A stretch of 24,490 bases of DNA from a virus (lineage: Duplodnaviria; Caudoviricetes), in IMG/VR virus record IMGVR_UViG_3300025445_000021, positions 1 to 24,490 of that record. One strand, 5' to 3'. This document shows, piece by piece, positions 1-8,025 of this stretch. Below the pieces are notes generated by a model that was given only the letters and a program-made list of their open reading frames with translations, was not told the origin of the DNA and ran no database searches. Made by a program: the position numbers and the translations under genes. The number at the start of each line of letters is the position of its first letter. Position 1 is the stretch's first letter.

Positions 1-298
1 GCTTATAGTCAAATTGCTGAACCGCATAAGCCAAATGTGTAGGCATATCGGTATATGAGTAGTCTACATCTTCAGCATACATATCGACATCGTGAAAGCA
101 GTAATAGTCAGCTTCAGGCGTTTCTATGTAGCCAATGTTTTTCATCGCACCGGTATTGAATAGCTTGCCTTGCTCTTGCTCTACGACCGTAATACCAAAG
201 TCAAGACCTTGATCATTTAGCACCTTCCACAAGTGAGGCACTTGCTTTGAGAGATGAGCCTCGCGGTTGCGATACGGGATAATAACTTCTAATCTCAT
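1..298 (-). CDS. GT7-family (beta-1,4-galactosyltransferase-like) glycosyltransferase, N-terminal part, runs off the window edge
   Basis: Absent from the ORF track; translated by hand from ATG at 298: MRLEVIIPYRNREAHL...FGITVVEQEQGKLFNTGAMKNIGY...YYCFHDVDM...PTHLAYAVQQFDYK. Shows the IIPYRNR, EQ..FN...N.G, FHDVD (DxD) and P.HL motifs of Glyco_transf_7N. ATGA overlap with the upstream gene. Confidence 0.88.
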   Translation of the reverse strand, partial: MRLEVIIPYRNREAHLSKQVPHLWKVLNDQGLDFGITVVEQEQGKLFNTGAMKNIGYIETPEADYYCFHDVDMYAEDVDYSYTDMPTHLAYAVQQFDYK

Positions 299-558
299 TC
301 AAGGTTTTCCAAGATGTAATACTCTGCTTTCACCATCGCATCATTCAGACTCAAGTCCCTGAACCGTAACTCAAGAGCATACTTGCCCGTCATCTTATTT
401 GTCAGCTTGAGCTTCCAAGACTTCTCGACCTGAAAGAGGCGCGCCTCGAAAGGCACGCCGTTCTTGATCAGTTCTGTTTTGTAATTGTTAAGGCGTAGCT
501 CTTCCCATTCCAATGTAGGCAGCTCCTCAAAGTTATGGTCTTCAAAATGGTACAGCAT
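295..558 (-). CDS. hypothetical protein (87 aa)
   Basis: Overlaps both neighbours on the coding strand; no motif recognised. Confidence 0.7.
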   Translation of the reverse strand: MLYHFEDHNFEELPTLEWEELRLNNYKTELIKNGVPFEARLFQVEKSWKLKLTNKMTGKYALELRFRDLSLNDAMVKAEYYILENLE

Positions 559-868
559 CTTGAGTCACCGCAGGCGCGGCTGGTTTATTCTCGTAAATCT
601 TTGCAAGCTTAATGCTTGTGATATAGCCAATCGTGCCATCCTTTTTTGTGTATTCCTTACCACCAAGAAAGCCCTCGGCTGTGACCTGCATCCCTACCCT
701 CATGCCAAGTAACATATCAACTTTGTCATTGATCGCCTCGAACTTGATAAACTCTGGATACTTGCTTGTTACATCCTTGATCACGATCTCGGCCTTTGTG
801 AACTTGTCCGAATACTTTACAGGCTCGCCTCTAAAAGCTACCTCACCGCTAATCTCAATCTTTGCCAT
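542..868 (-). CDS. DUF3127-family OB-fold single-stranded DNA-binding-like protein
   Basis: Start placed at ATG 868 (TGATG coupling, MAKIEISGEV). KFTKAEIVI, KYPEFIKFE, GKEY and the SSB-like acidic C-terminal tail DAVPF. Confidence 0.8.
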   Translation of the reverse strand: MAKIEISGEVAFRGEPVKYSDKFTKAEIVIKDVTSKYPEFIKFEAINDKVDMLLGMRVGMQVTAEGFLGGKEYTKKDGTIGYITSIKLAKIYENKPAAPAVTQDAVPF

Positions 869-1446
869 CACTCTTCTCCTTGTTTGTAATAATACCAACT
901 CATGCCGGGTCTATGAACTCCGACCGGGAATCTCTGATTTACAGCATTGCGTACTGACTCATGTGTCGAGTAGTCATGCCCTGCAATGATACCATTGGGC
1001 TTGACCTTCGGTAGCCATGCATCAATATCAGCAAGCACCGAAGCCGTATCATGTGAGCCATCAATAAAGACAAAGTCCACGCTATTAGCCTTGAACCCTT
1101 TAGCAGCTTGCGCGCTTGTCTTGCGTATGATCTTGACTACCTCGCTCACCGGCTCGGTGTTCTTTACGCATGTATTGTACAGCCAATCCGGATCTTCAGT
1201 AAGCCTTGACTCATACCAAACCGATCCGACATTCCTATGCTCATCACTGCCCTTAAAGTGATCAACCACATGCAAGGTAATATCCTTGCCAGAGTTGATA
1301 ATCTCAACACCGGCATACGCCGCACTCTTGCCCTTCCACGCTCCGATCTCTACAAAGACCGCGCCATGCGAGGCCGTATCAATAGCCATGCGATAGACAT
1401 CTTCATAATCGCACCAGCCTTCGATCTCACCGTAATAATGCTCCAC
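868..1446 (-). CDS. class I SAM-dependent methyltransferase (Methyltransf_24-like)
   Basis: FVEIGAWKGKS (motif I), DFVFIDGSHD, DIDAWLPKVKPNGIIAGHDY. AGGAG lies 8 nt before the GTG start. Confidence 0.88.
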   Translation of the reverse strand: MEHYYGEIEGWCDYEDVYRMAIDTASHGAVFVEIGAWKGKSAAYAGVEIINSGKDITLHVVDHFKGSDEHRNVGSVWYESRLTEDPDWLYNTCVKNTEPVSEVVKIIRKTSAQAAKGFKANSVDFVFIDGSHDTASVLADIDAWLPKVKPNGIIAGHDYSTHESVRNAVNQRFPVGVHRPGMSWYYYKQGEE

Positions 1447-1484
1447 GCCATCCGCTCCTAAAATAATCTATACAACAAACTTAC

Positions 1485-2078
1485 TTAAAAAGCAAGGGAC
1501 TTTGTAAAATCTTCAAAACTCTTTACTATCATGTATTTGCACCCCGCTTGCTCGACCGTTGACTGCCACCACTTTTGAGACTTGCTCTGCGTTCCCCTCT
1601 CGGCTTTGAACTCAAGAAAGGTAACTCCCGATCCATCCGGGTGGATGTATGTCATATCAGCTACGCCTGCCACCAAACCCATCACCTTAAGGCTCGCGCC
1701 GTGCCTTGCATCGCGAGGGTTATTGTGATTCATGTAAAGCAAGCCACGCTCATCAGGGCGGTTATTCCAGTGCCAAGTGAAGCAGTGCGCTTGGAGTTGT
1801 GATTCATTCATTTGGTTGCCATCATATTCTGCTTTTAGTAGTCTTTCTTCTCTTGTCCATTTCGTAGAATCAGGCTTATATCCATGATCTTCATATTTAG
1901 CATGCCCACGAAACTCACTACATCCTTCACATCGTTGGCTCAAATTTAAACCTGCCCATACAAGCATTACCGTATTGCATCCACAATACCTACAATTACT
2001 TTGCAATACTACATCAAATTTTACCGCTTGAGATCTAAATTCCTTAAGGTTCTTCAATTTCCATTCTGGCAGATCCAT
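1485..2078 (-). CDS. VRR-NUC nuclease (probable Holliday junction resolvase) with N-terminal Zn-ribbon extension
   Basis: MNESQLQ, GLVAGVADM, FLEFKAERGTQSKSQKWWQ are VRR-NUC motifs. The N-terminal part has CRYC...CEGC. Confidence 0.82.
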   Translation of the reverse strand: MDLPEWKLKNLKEFRSQAVKFDVVLQSNCRYCGCNTVMLVWAGLNLSQRCEGCSEFRGHAKYEDHGYKPDSTKWTREERLLKAEYDGNQMNESQLQAHCFTWHWNNRPDERGLLYMNHNNPRDARHGASLKVMGLVAGVADMTYIHPDGSGVTFLEFKAERGTQSKSQKWWQSTVEQAGCKYMIVKSFEDFTKSLAF

Positions 2079-2241
2079 TGCTCAACTCCTCGAATACTTT
2101 CTTGTTTACATACTCTCTGCACTCGGTCGCCTTGGTATCTTTGTAGCAATCATTAAGCCATCTGCAATAGACCGTATGCTGAAAGCCCCATACCTTCTCA
2201 CCATGAATACAGGTAAAGCAACTATACTCTTGTTCAGCCAT
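2044..2241 (-). CDS. small Cys-rich hypothetical protein
   Basis: CxxCxH plus three further Cys; overlaps both neighbours. Confidence 0.65.
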   Translation of the reverse strand: MAEQEYSCFTCIHGEKVWGFQHTVYCRWLNDCYKDTKATECREYVNKKVFEELSNGSARMEIEEP

Positions 2242-2614
2242 ACTGCACTACTACTCTGACTTCGATCTCTATATCCATTCCATAGAAAGAGCCAAAGGCT
2301 TTCTTCAATGCCGGCATGTGTTGTTGCAATTGGTCATGAGTAAAGTTAAGCCCGGTATTGATAATAAGCCTATTGCCTTCTATTTCCGGCTCAACTGTAT
2401 TCAATGCAAACTGCAGGATTGGTGATGTAGAGTCTATGAACTCATCCCATCTTGCAAGGATAATCTCTTTGATGTTATGGTCTGGAATGTCCATTGCTTC
2501 CATCCTGATCTCCCAACCAACCAAAGCCATGTCAATAATATCACTGATCCTAAACCCATAGCGAAGGCTTAACCTATGTAGAGCTTCCTTCGTATTAGCT
2601 GATACTTCAATCAT
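2234..2614 (-). CDS. protein with N-terminal ribbon-helix-helix-like segment and C-terminal DnaA domain I-like (or DnaX C-terminal-like) domain
   Basis: MIEVSANTKEALHRLSLRYGFRISDIIDMAL fits an RHH pattern. W..F......F.L....P.IEGNRLII.T..NF..DQL..H...LKKAF...YG..IEIEV resembles DnaA_N. SD AGGAG present. Confidence 0.55.
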   Translation of the reverse strand: MIEVSANTKEALHRLSLRYGFRISDIIDMALVGWEIRMEAMDIPDHNIKEIILARWDEFIDSTSPILQFALNTVEPEIEGNRLIINTGLNFTHDQLQQHMPALKKAFGSFYGMDIEIEVRVVVQYG

Positions 2615-2778
2615 CTTTCTTCTCCTAAAATATACTCAACCATTCCATCGCATTTAGACTCCCAGTGCTTCATGCCAATCAGCCATACCATGAAGAGCAC
2701 GCGAGCTGTATCGTAGCTCACACCATGCTCCATCACGATGTCATCAATAAAGTCTTGAGAGACCTGGCGATAGTTCAA
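2611..2778 (-). CDS. hypothetical protein (55 aa, MNYRQVSQDFIDDIV...)
   Basis: Found by hand. It fills the gap exactly, with a TTGA overlap to the helicase stop and an ATGA overlap downstream. Confidence 0.65.
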   Translation of the reverse strand: MNYRQVSQDFIDDIVMEHGVSYDTARVLFMVWLIGMKHWESKCDGMVEYILGEER

Positions 2779-4193
2779 AGTAAATGCCTCGTCTTGTCTT
2801 TGTGGATAAATAGCCAGCCTTTGGCATATCCCATCGCATCGCGATACTTCTCCGCTTCGCTTCGCAATTTACATAAACTTTGCAGAACATAGAGCGGATG
2901 AAGTTTACCCGCCTTTGTCAGCATAATCCAATCTTGCAAGCCTCCAAGCTTTGCCATAGCACGAGCCTCATGCGGTTGCAATATAGCAAGCTCTTGCAGG
3001 ACTTCGGCCTCGGTCTTTGGGATAACTTGTCCACAATGAGAACAAACCCTTGCACTTGCATAGATGAACGCATCACAGCTCGGACAATTCTTGTAGATAG
3101 CCACGCCGTCCCTCGGCTTCTTCGGTGGCTTTGACCAATCGCGATCTTCATCCCACATCCCGAAGCGGTAAAGGTTATTGCCGAAGTCCAAGACCTTGAA
3201 CTCGGTCTTACCCTCGCATGTTCGCGAACCGCGCCCAATCATTTGCAAGAATAAGGGCAGGGACTTGGTTGCTCTGTACAAAATAACAGTCTCAATACTC
3301 GGCTCATCAAATCCCGTAGTAAAAAGGCCGACATTGATCAAAATTGCGGAGGGGGTCTCTTTATACCACTTCAAAGCGTTTCGCCTCTCTACGAGCCCCG
3401 CAGACCCGTCTAATGACAAAGCAGTCAAACCTTCAGACTCGAACTCGCGCAATACCTCGGCAGCGCTCCGCAAGTTAGGGGCAAAGACAATCGCCTTGCT
3501 ATCATTTGCCCATCGCTTGTAGTTGGTCACTACGCCCTTGTAAATTTGGGACCGGCTGTACATATCAGCAAGTGAGTCCGGATCATAATCGCCGCCCTTG
3601 GTCTTGACCTCACTCAAGTCAATAGGCACGCTGAAGTACGAGGGCTTGGCAAGGTAGCCATCATGGATCAGGCTCGGTATGGTTGCAGCTTCCACCATAG
3701 CAGAGTAGATGTCTCTCAAGCTTGTCCCCTTCCCCTCTCTCCAAGGGGTAGCAGTCGCACCAAGGATCAAGGCATCAGTCGGTAGGGAAGTGATGAGCTT
3801 GTCAAAGGTACGCTTATGGCACTCATCGAAGATGAAGAGATCCACACTCTCAATGAGCGTCTTGTAGTCACGTTGCTCTCTACGTCGGTAAAGTGTCTCT
3901 ATCATGGCTACAAAGATTCGCTGGCTATGGTTCAGCCGTGTGGTCTCGGCAGTGATAAGTTCAGGCACGATGGCAAGGTTGTTAAGCGCGCCTCCTGCTT
4001 GCCATAGCAGTTCGCCTCGGTCAGTCAGGATCATCACTCGTTTGCCCTTTTGCATAGCACCATGAGCGATAGCGGAGAACATCACCGTTTTTCCCGCACC
4101 GGTCGGAGCGCACAAGATCACTCGCTTATGGCCTTGCCCAAAAGCGGCTCGTAGTTTGTCTATTGCATTGGCTTGGTAAGGTCTCAAGTTCAT
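2775..4193 (-). CDS. superfamily 2 DEAD/DEAH helicase (RadD/YejH-like) with C-terminal Zn finger
   Basis: LRPYQ, APTGAGKT, DECH, GATATP, TTGFDEP, QMIGRGSR, CPSC...CSHC. Start placed at MNLRPYQ (4193). Confidence 0.93.
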   Translation of the reverse strand: MNLRPYQANAIDKLRAAFGQGHKRVILCAPTGAGKTVMFSAIAHGAMQKGKRVMILTDRGELLWQAGGALNNLAIVPELITAETTRLNHSQRIFVAMIETLYRRREQRDYKTLIESVDLFIFDECHKRTFDKLITSLPTDALILGATATPWREGKGTSLRDIYSAMVEAATIPSLIHDGYLAKPSYFSVPIDLSEVKTKGGDYDPDSLADMYSRSQIYKGVVTNYKRWANDSKAIVFAPNLRSAAEVLREFESEGLTALSLDGSAGLVERRNALKWYKETPSAILINVGLFTTGFDEPSIETVILYRATKSLPLFLQMIGRGSRTCEGKTEFKVLDFGNNLYRFGMWDEDRDWSKPPKKPRDGVAIYKNCPSCDAFIYASARVCSHCGQVIPKTEAEVLQELAILQPHEARAMAKLGGLQDWIMLTKAGKLHPLYVLQSLCKLRSEAEKYRDAMGYAKGWLFIHKDKTRHLL

Positions 4194-4234
4194 AGCGTAT
4201 CCAGTAAGAAAGTAGTGCTCCAAGTAGCCATTTT

Positions 4235-4464
4235 TACTTGACACACCGTAAGTTTTTGAAATTCAAGGGTTTGGGCTATACTGTATATAGTAAATAGTAA
4301 TATTTTAACTTAAATATATTTATATTTACTATAGATAGTAGATATAACACATGCATGTAATTATTTTTGTATAGCCTATAAAAGTGTGTTTTTTTACCTT
4401 CTACCCGACACACCCTTATTATGACTAATACAGTGAATTATTGCCGAAAAGCGTGTGTCCGGTA
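4235..4464. other. probable replication origin
   Basis: Very AT-rich non-coding gap downstream of the primase-helicase. Three TACnnGACACAC copies (4235-4246, 4402-4413, inverted 4453-4464) and nested inverted repeats (4274-4281/4369-4376, 4286-4296/4323-4333). Confidence 0.65.
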
Positions 4465-6671
4465 AGCTTTATCCAGTAACCTTTTTTCGATTTACCATCT
4501 TCTCTGCGGTTCAATTGGACATATCCGAGGTTCTGCAGAGCCATCCCGAGTCGATTAGGATAGACTTTAAGTTTGGTGTTTGCTTCGATATGCACTTGGA
4601 CTTCAGTTGTTGACCAGAACTTAACATTTTCACCTTTTGCGAAGACTTCGCCTTCGGTTGGGATGGTGAAAAACATATTGACTGCTTCTTCCATTGAGTC
4701 CACTTGCTTATTTGCCGTAGTATATTGCTCAAGGGTGTTGATATCTCGGCTGTTTAGTTGCCAAGAGCTATCGCCTTGCGCCTTCCAGATTGCATAGGCT
4801 TCCAAGAGCAAAGCTGTTTTATCCACATTATTGTACTCGGTAAAGTCAATGTCAAGGACATTCATTGGTATAATCCTGCGGTTGCCGGTTGGATCGTTGA
4901 TGACTTCGTTCTCATTTGACGTGCCACAAAGCACGGCATAACGTCTAAAGTCTTCAAATTTGCGGCCATAGGGCTGGCGAAGGTTAAAAAACTGCGTAGA
5001 AGCATACTGCTTGAGTAGTTTATATTCGTTTTTAGACTTGCCGGAGAACTCGTCATCGCATAAGATGAGCTTTCTGCACATCAATATCTCGTCATCTTTG
5101 CCTCGGTCAAGCTTTGATTCGCCGTAATAGTCTCGGAGCTCGGCTGGTAAGAGCCATCTAAAGAAGTTTGTCTTGCCAATGCCTTGATGACCGCACAAAA
5201 CGAGAATCAAAAGTGAGTACGTGCCATGCATCGAAGCTATGAGGCTGATTATCCACTTGCTTACGAGGCCATGTTTGAATTGTTCACTAACTTCGATTGT
5301 TTTGCCATCCTCAACAGTGTAGATCGGAGCTATCTTTATTGCATTTATGAGCCTTTGGATATGCCCTCTGGTCATTTCGCGATCTTTGTTTGCCTCAAAG
5401 AAGTCAAGAAAGGGGTTGTACGACTTGGTAAAGTTGCTTCCGATGAGGTCATGGATATAGTTTTTTGTGCATTTGGTGCCGAGATCGGTTGCTAATTCAG
5501 CCCAGATTGAGTTGATGTCGGTATCTGTGATTGGTTTGCCGTTATATTCAATCTCATGCGTCACGTCATTGCGTTTTAGGTCATATTCTGCAAGGCGAAG
5601 CTTGATAAGAGGGATAATATTATCATCTTTGGTCTTTTTGAGCTGATCAATAGGTATTTCCAAGACCTGTTTAGCAACTTCATCTGCATGTTTTGGATCA
5701 TCGCCGTCGGCTTCGGCAAGTTTTTCGATATTTTCAAGGATTGCTTCAGGTTTAAGGTTGCTTTTTGTTATCATATTTGTAGTTACAACTTCCCATTTCC
5801 GTGTTTTTTCGGTCTGAACTTGAACACCGGCCTCCTTGCACTTCTGAAAGAATGTCCCTATACCAATTTTGCCTGTTGCGTTCTTCAAAAAGTTGTCATA
5901 TTTCTTATCGCAAGACTGCACAGAGTACTCTTCATGCATTCTGCTTATAGCATGATAGTAGTCTCGGCCTCTTTCACCGTATTCAGAGGCCAAAGCGAAT
6001 CCAATCCGATACCAGTCATTGTAATTATCGGTCAAATCGATACCTCGTTCATTGATTTGCTGAATAACAAAGTCCATATCGCTTTCAGTATGCACAATGA
6101 CTGTATTTGAGGTGTATTTTTCCTTTTTTTTCTTGTATTTGCGGAAAATTTGTGCGTTTTCGTTCTTGTATAGGTTAGGATCGTAAGAAACGAAGCGTAA
6201 ACGGCTTTTATCCTTGCATGAAGTGTCGGATATAAGGAAATAATTGTTCATTAAATACTCTTCGAGTGCCTCAAAGGCTTCTTTGTGCTTATCAGACTCA
6301 ATTCTGAAGTAGACAGCATAGCCAAAACCTCCTACGGACTGATGAAGAGCATACACGTGAGGATCTTCTTTAAGTCTTTCGATCTTTGGGCTCATATTGA
6401 CATTATCTTTATCGTCAATATCCATGCAAATGAACCCGTTATGCTTGACCATGCCTGCAACACCTCTTCCATCGAACTTTCCGGATGGTGTAAAGGCTGG
6501 TATTTTCTTTTTGAAGGCTTTTTTTGTCTCTGGGTCTTTGATATTGCGATATTCATGCACAATATCTTCCCATTTGCCATCTAAAATGCAGTTAAGGTAT
6601 CGGTCAAAGTCAAAGTGATCCTCCGGTACTTTCGCTTCGGCATTTGCAAACATTGTTATCTCATGCGCCAT
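4425..6671 (-). CDS. primase-helicase: BT4734/VirE N-terminal domain, PriCT-2, VirE/VapE P-loop helicase
   Basis: KKKIPAFTPSGKF, HNGFICMDID, SVGGFG, DTSCKDKSRLRFVSYDP; YNDWYRIGFALA (PriCT-2); GHQGIGKT, DDE, RQPYGR, DPTGNRR. Start placed at MAHEIT with AGGAG upstream. Confidence 0.9.
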   Translation of the reverse strand: MAHEITMFANAEAKVPEDHFDFDRYLNCILDGKWEDIVHEYRNIKDPETKKAFKKKIPAFTPSGKFDGRGVAGMVKHNGFICMDIDDKDNVNMSPKIERLKEDPHVYALHQSVGGFGYAVYFRIESDKHKEAFEALEEYLMNNYFLISDTSCKDKSRLRFVSYDPNLYKNENAQIFRKYKKKKEKYTSNTVIVHTESDMDFVIQQINERGIDLTDNYNDWYRIGFALASEYGERGRDYYHAISRMHEEYSVQSCDKKYDNFLKNATGKIGIGTFFQKCKEAGVQVQTEKTRKWEVVTTNMITKSNLKPEAILENIEKLAEADGDDPKHADEVAKQVLEIPIDQLKKTKDDNIIPLIKLRLAEYDLKRNDVTHEIEYNGKPITDTDINSIWAELATDLGTKCTKNYIHDLIGSNFTKSYNPFLDFFEANKDREMTRGHIQRLINAIKIAPIYTVEDGKTIEVSEQFKHGLVSKWIISLIASMHGTYSLLILVLCGHQGIGKTNFFRWLLPAELRDYYGESKLDRGKDDEILMCRKLILCDDEFSGKSKNEYKLLKQYASTQFFNLRQPYGRKFEDFRRYAVLCGTSNENEVINDPTGNRRIIPMNVLDIDFTEYNNVDKTALLLEAYAIWKAQGDSSWQLNSRDINTLEQYTTANKQVDSMEEAVNMFFTIPTEGEVFAKGENVKFWSTTEVQVHIEANTKLKVYPNRLGMALQNLGYVQLNRREDGKSKKGYWIKLTGHTLFGNNSLY

Positions 6672-7110
6672 GCTGCTTACTCTCCTGTATAAGATGTCGG
6701 TATAGTGTTCTAAAGTCTGGATCAATTATTGCGCGGTCTTCTACAACGCGGGCTGCAATAATAGGCAATTTATGACCGCAGTTAAACATAAAACTGCAGT
6801 CTTGTTTTGTGAAGCCATTGTGCAAGTAGCAAAGAGTAATCGCAACGTATCGTGCAAAGCTTTGCTGTTGATAGATAGCTGTGATGTCGATGCCATAAGC
6901 GCGGGCTGTTATGTCAGCCGCGCGCTCGGCGATCTCATAAAGCTGTGCAGGTGTTAATCTTTTGACTCTTCCGCGTGGCTTTTTTGGCCTTTGACCGAAA
7001 AGGATCTCTCTTTCGATCTTGAGCTGTTGAGATAGGGGAAGTGTCTCAAGCGGGTTGCGATTCGAGTCAGCCGCGAGGTCATAGATATGACCGATTGCTT
7101 GAATGCGCAT
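6661..7110 (-). CDS. DnaA domain IV-like (Bac_DnaA_C) HTH protein; 5' end uncertain
   Basis: ITARAYGIDITAI...FARYVAITLC...FTKQDCSFMFNCGH...A.RVVEDR...DPDFR resembles a divergent DnaA C-terminal domain. Basic motif RPKKPRGRVKR precedes it. Confidence 0.6.
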   Translation of the reverse strand: MRIQAIGHIYDLAADSNRNPLETLPLSQQLKIEREILFGQRPKKPRGRVKRLTPAQLYEIAERAADITARAYGIDITAIYQQQSFARYVAITLCYLHNGFTKQDCSFMFNCGHKLPIIAARVVEDRAIIDPDFRTLYRHLIQESKQHGA

Positions 7111-7164
7111 AATGTTTGCCCGATATTTGTGAAAGATTGTGCAAGCTCATCAAGGCTTTGCTTG

Positions 7165-7416
7165 TCATAGTTGTTCATCGTCTGCCTCCGGCATGTCGAT
7201 ATGGTCAAGTTGAATGTAGTGCGGTTCGATGTCGTAAATAAAGTCCATGTTGATCATGCCTGGCATTGGCTTATTGCAGTACAAAATCCAGTCACCGGTC
7301 TTTGCATTTCTTTGTATGTAACCTATCTCATAATGCACATCGCCTTCTTCAGCTTCGAGCCGCACAAGTATCATGCCTTTAGGCCATTTGCCGTATTCGA
7401 GTTTATTCCATTTCAT
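7165..7416 (-). CDS. hypothetical protein (DUF551-like pattern)
   Basis: MKWNKL...P...ILV start and HY.QL end pattern; ATGA coupling. Confidence 0.65.
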   Translation of the reverse strand: MKWNKLEYGKWPKGMILVRLEAEEGDVHYEIGYIQRNAKTGDWILYCNKPMPGMINMDFIYDIEPHYIQLDHIDMPEADDEQL

Positions 7417-7616
7417 GCCTCATCTGTCCTTTCAATTATGAGTGAAGTGTCCTTCCATTGATCGTAGGCTCTCTTGCCATAGTGCGATGTGATCTTGACC
7501 AGCGTTGGAGTCTCAAGCACAAAGTCTATACCCTCGGCAAGGTCATAATTGTTTAGGTTTATTTTGATTGCACCAGATCTTGCCGGGCGTTGTAATTCAA
7601 TCTCGTAGTGCTTCAT
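7413..7616 (-). CDS. hypothetical protein (67 aa)
   Basis: Coupled to neighbours; GAGG upstream. Confidence 0.65.
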   Translation of the reverse strand: MKHYEIELQRPARSGAIKINLNNYDLAEGIDFVLETPTLVKITSHYGKRAYDQWKDTSLIIERTDEA

Positions 7617-8025
7617 CCTCGCTCCGTTTGTAAAGGTATTGATCTATCTTAAATGCAATTTGCTGTGTTTGGGGATAAATATCAAGCTCGTTCAAAATTA
7701 CATGGCAATGATGTGACAAGGTTGAGCGTTCGAGGTTCAAATAGTTAGCAACAAACTTGCTTGTCAGTTTGAAGTATGTCATGCAAAAAAAGATAAAGAG
7801 TCTCTTTGCTTGAATTACCTCTTGATGTCGTACCTTGTATGAGAAGTCAAGTAAGGTCGGATAGTGTTTAAGAATCTCTTTCTCGAGGCTTGGCATCAGA
7901 AGGTGTGGCTTATTAAATGCCACACCCTCTGCTCTGCGTAAAAACCAACCTGAACCTTTGTTAATATCGCCTTTCATCTCTGTTATCTTTGGGCGGTATT
8001 GCCTTGTCTCAAATTCGCTTGTCAT
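7597..8025 (-). CDS. DnaA domain IV-like (Bac_DnaA_C) HTH protein
   Basis: RHQEVIQAKRLFIFFC....KLTSKFVANYLNLERSTLSHHC aligns by eye to DnaA R..EIV.ARQIAMYL....SL..IG..F..RDHSTV.HA. Confidence 0.72.
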   Translation of the reverse strand: MTSEFETRQYRPKITEMKGDINKGSGWFLRRAEGVAFNKPHLLMPSLEKEILKHYPTLLDFSYKVRHQEVIQAKRLFIFFCMTYFKLTSKFVANYLNLERSTLSHHCHVILNELDIYPQTQQIAFKIDQYLYKRSEDEALRD

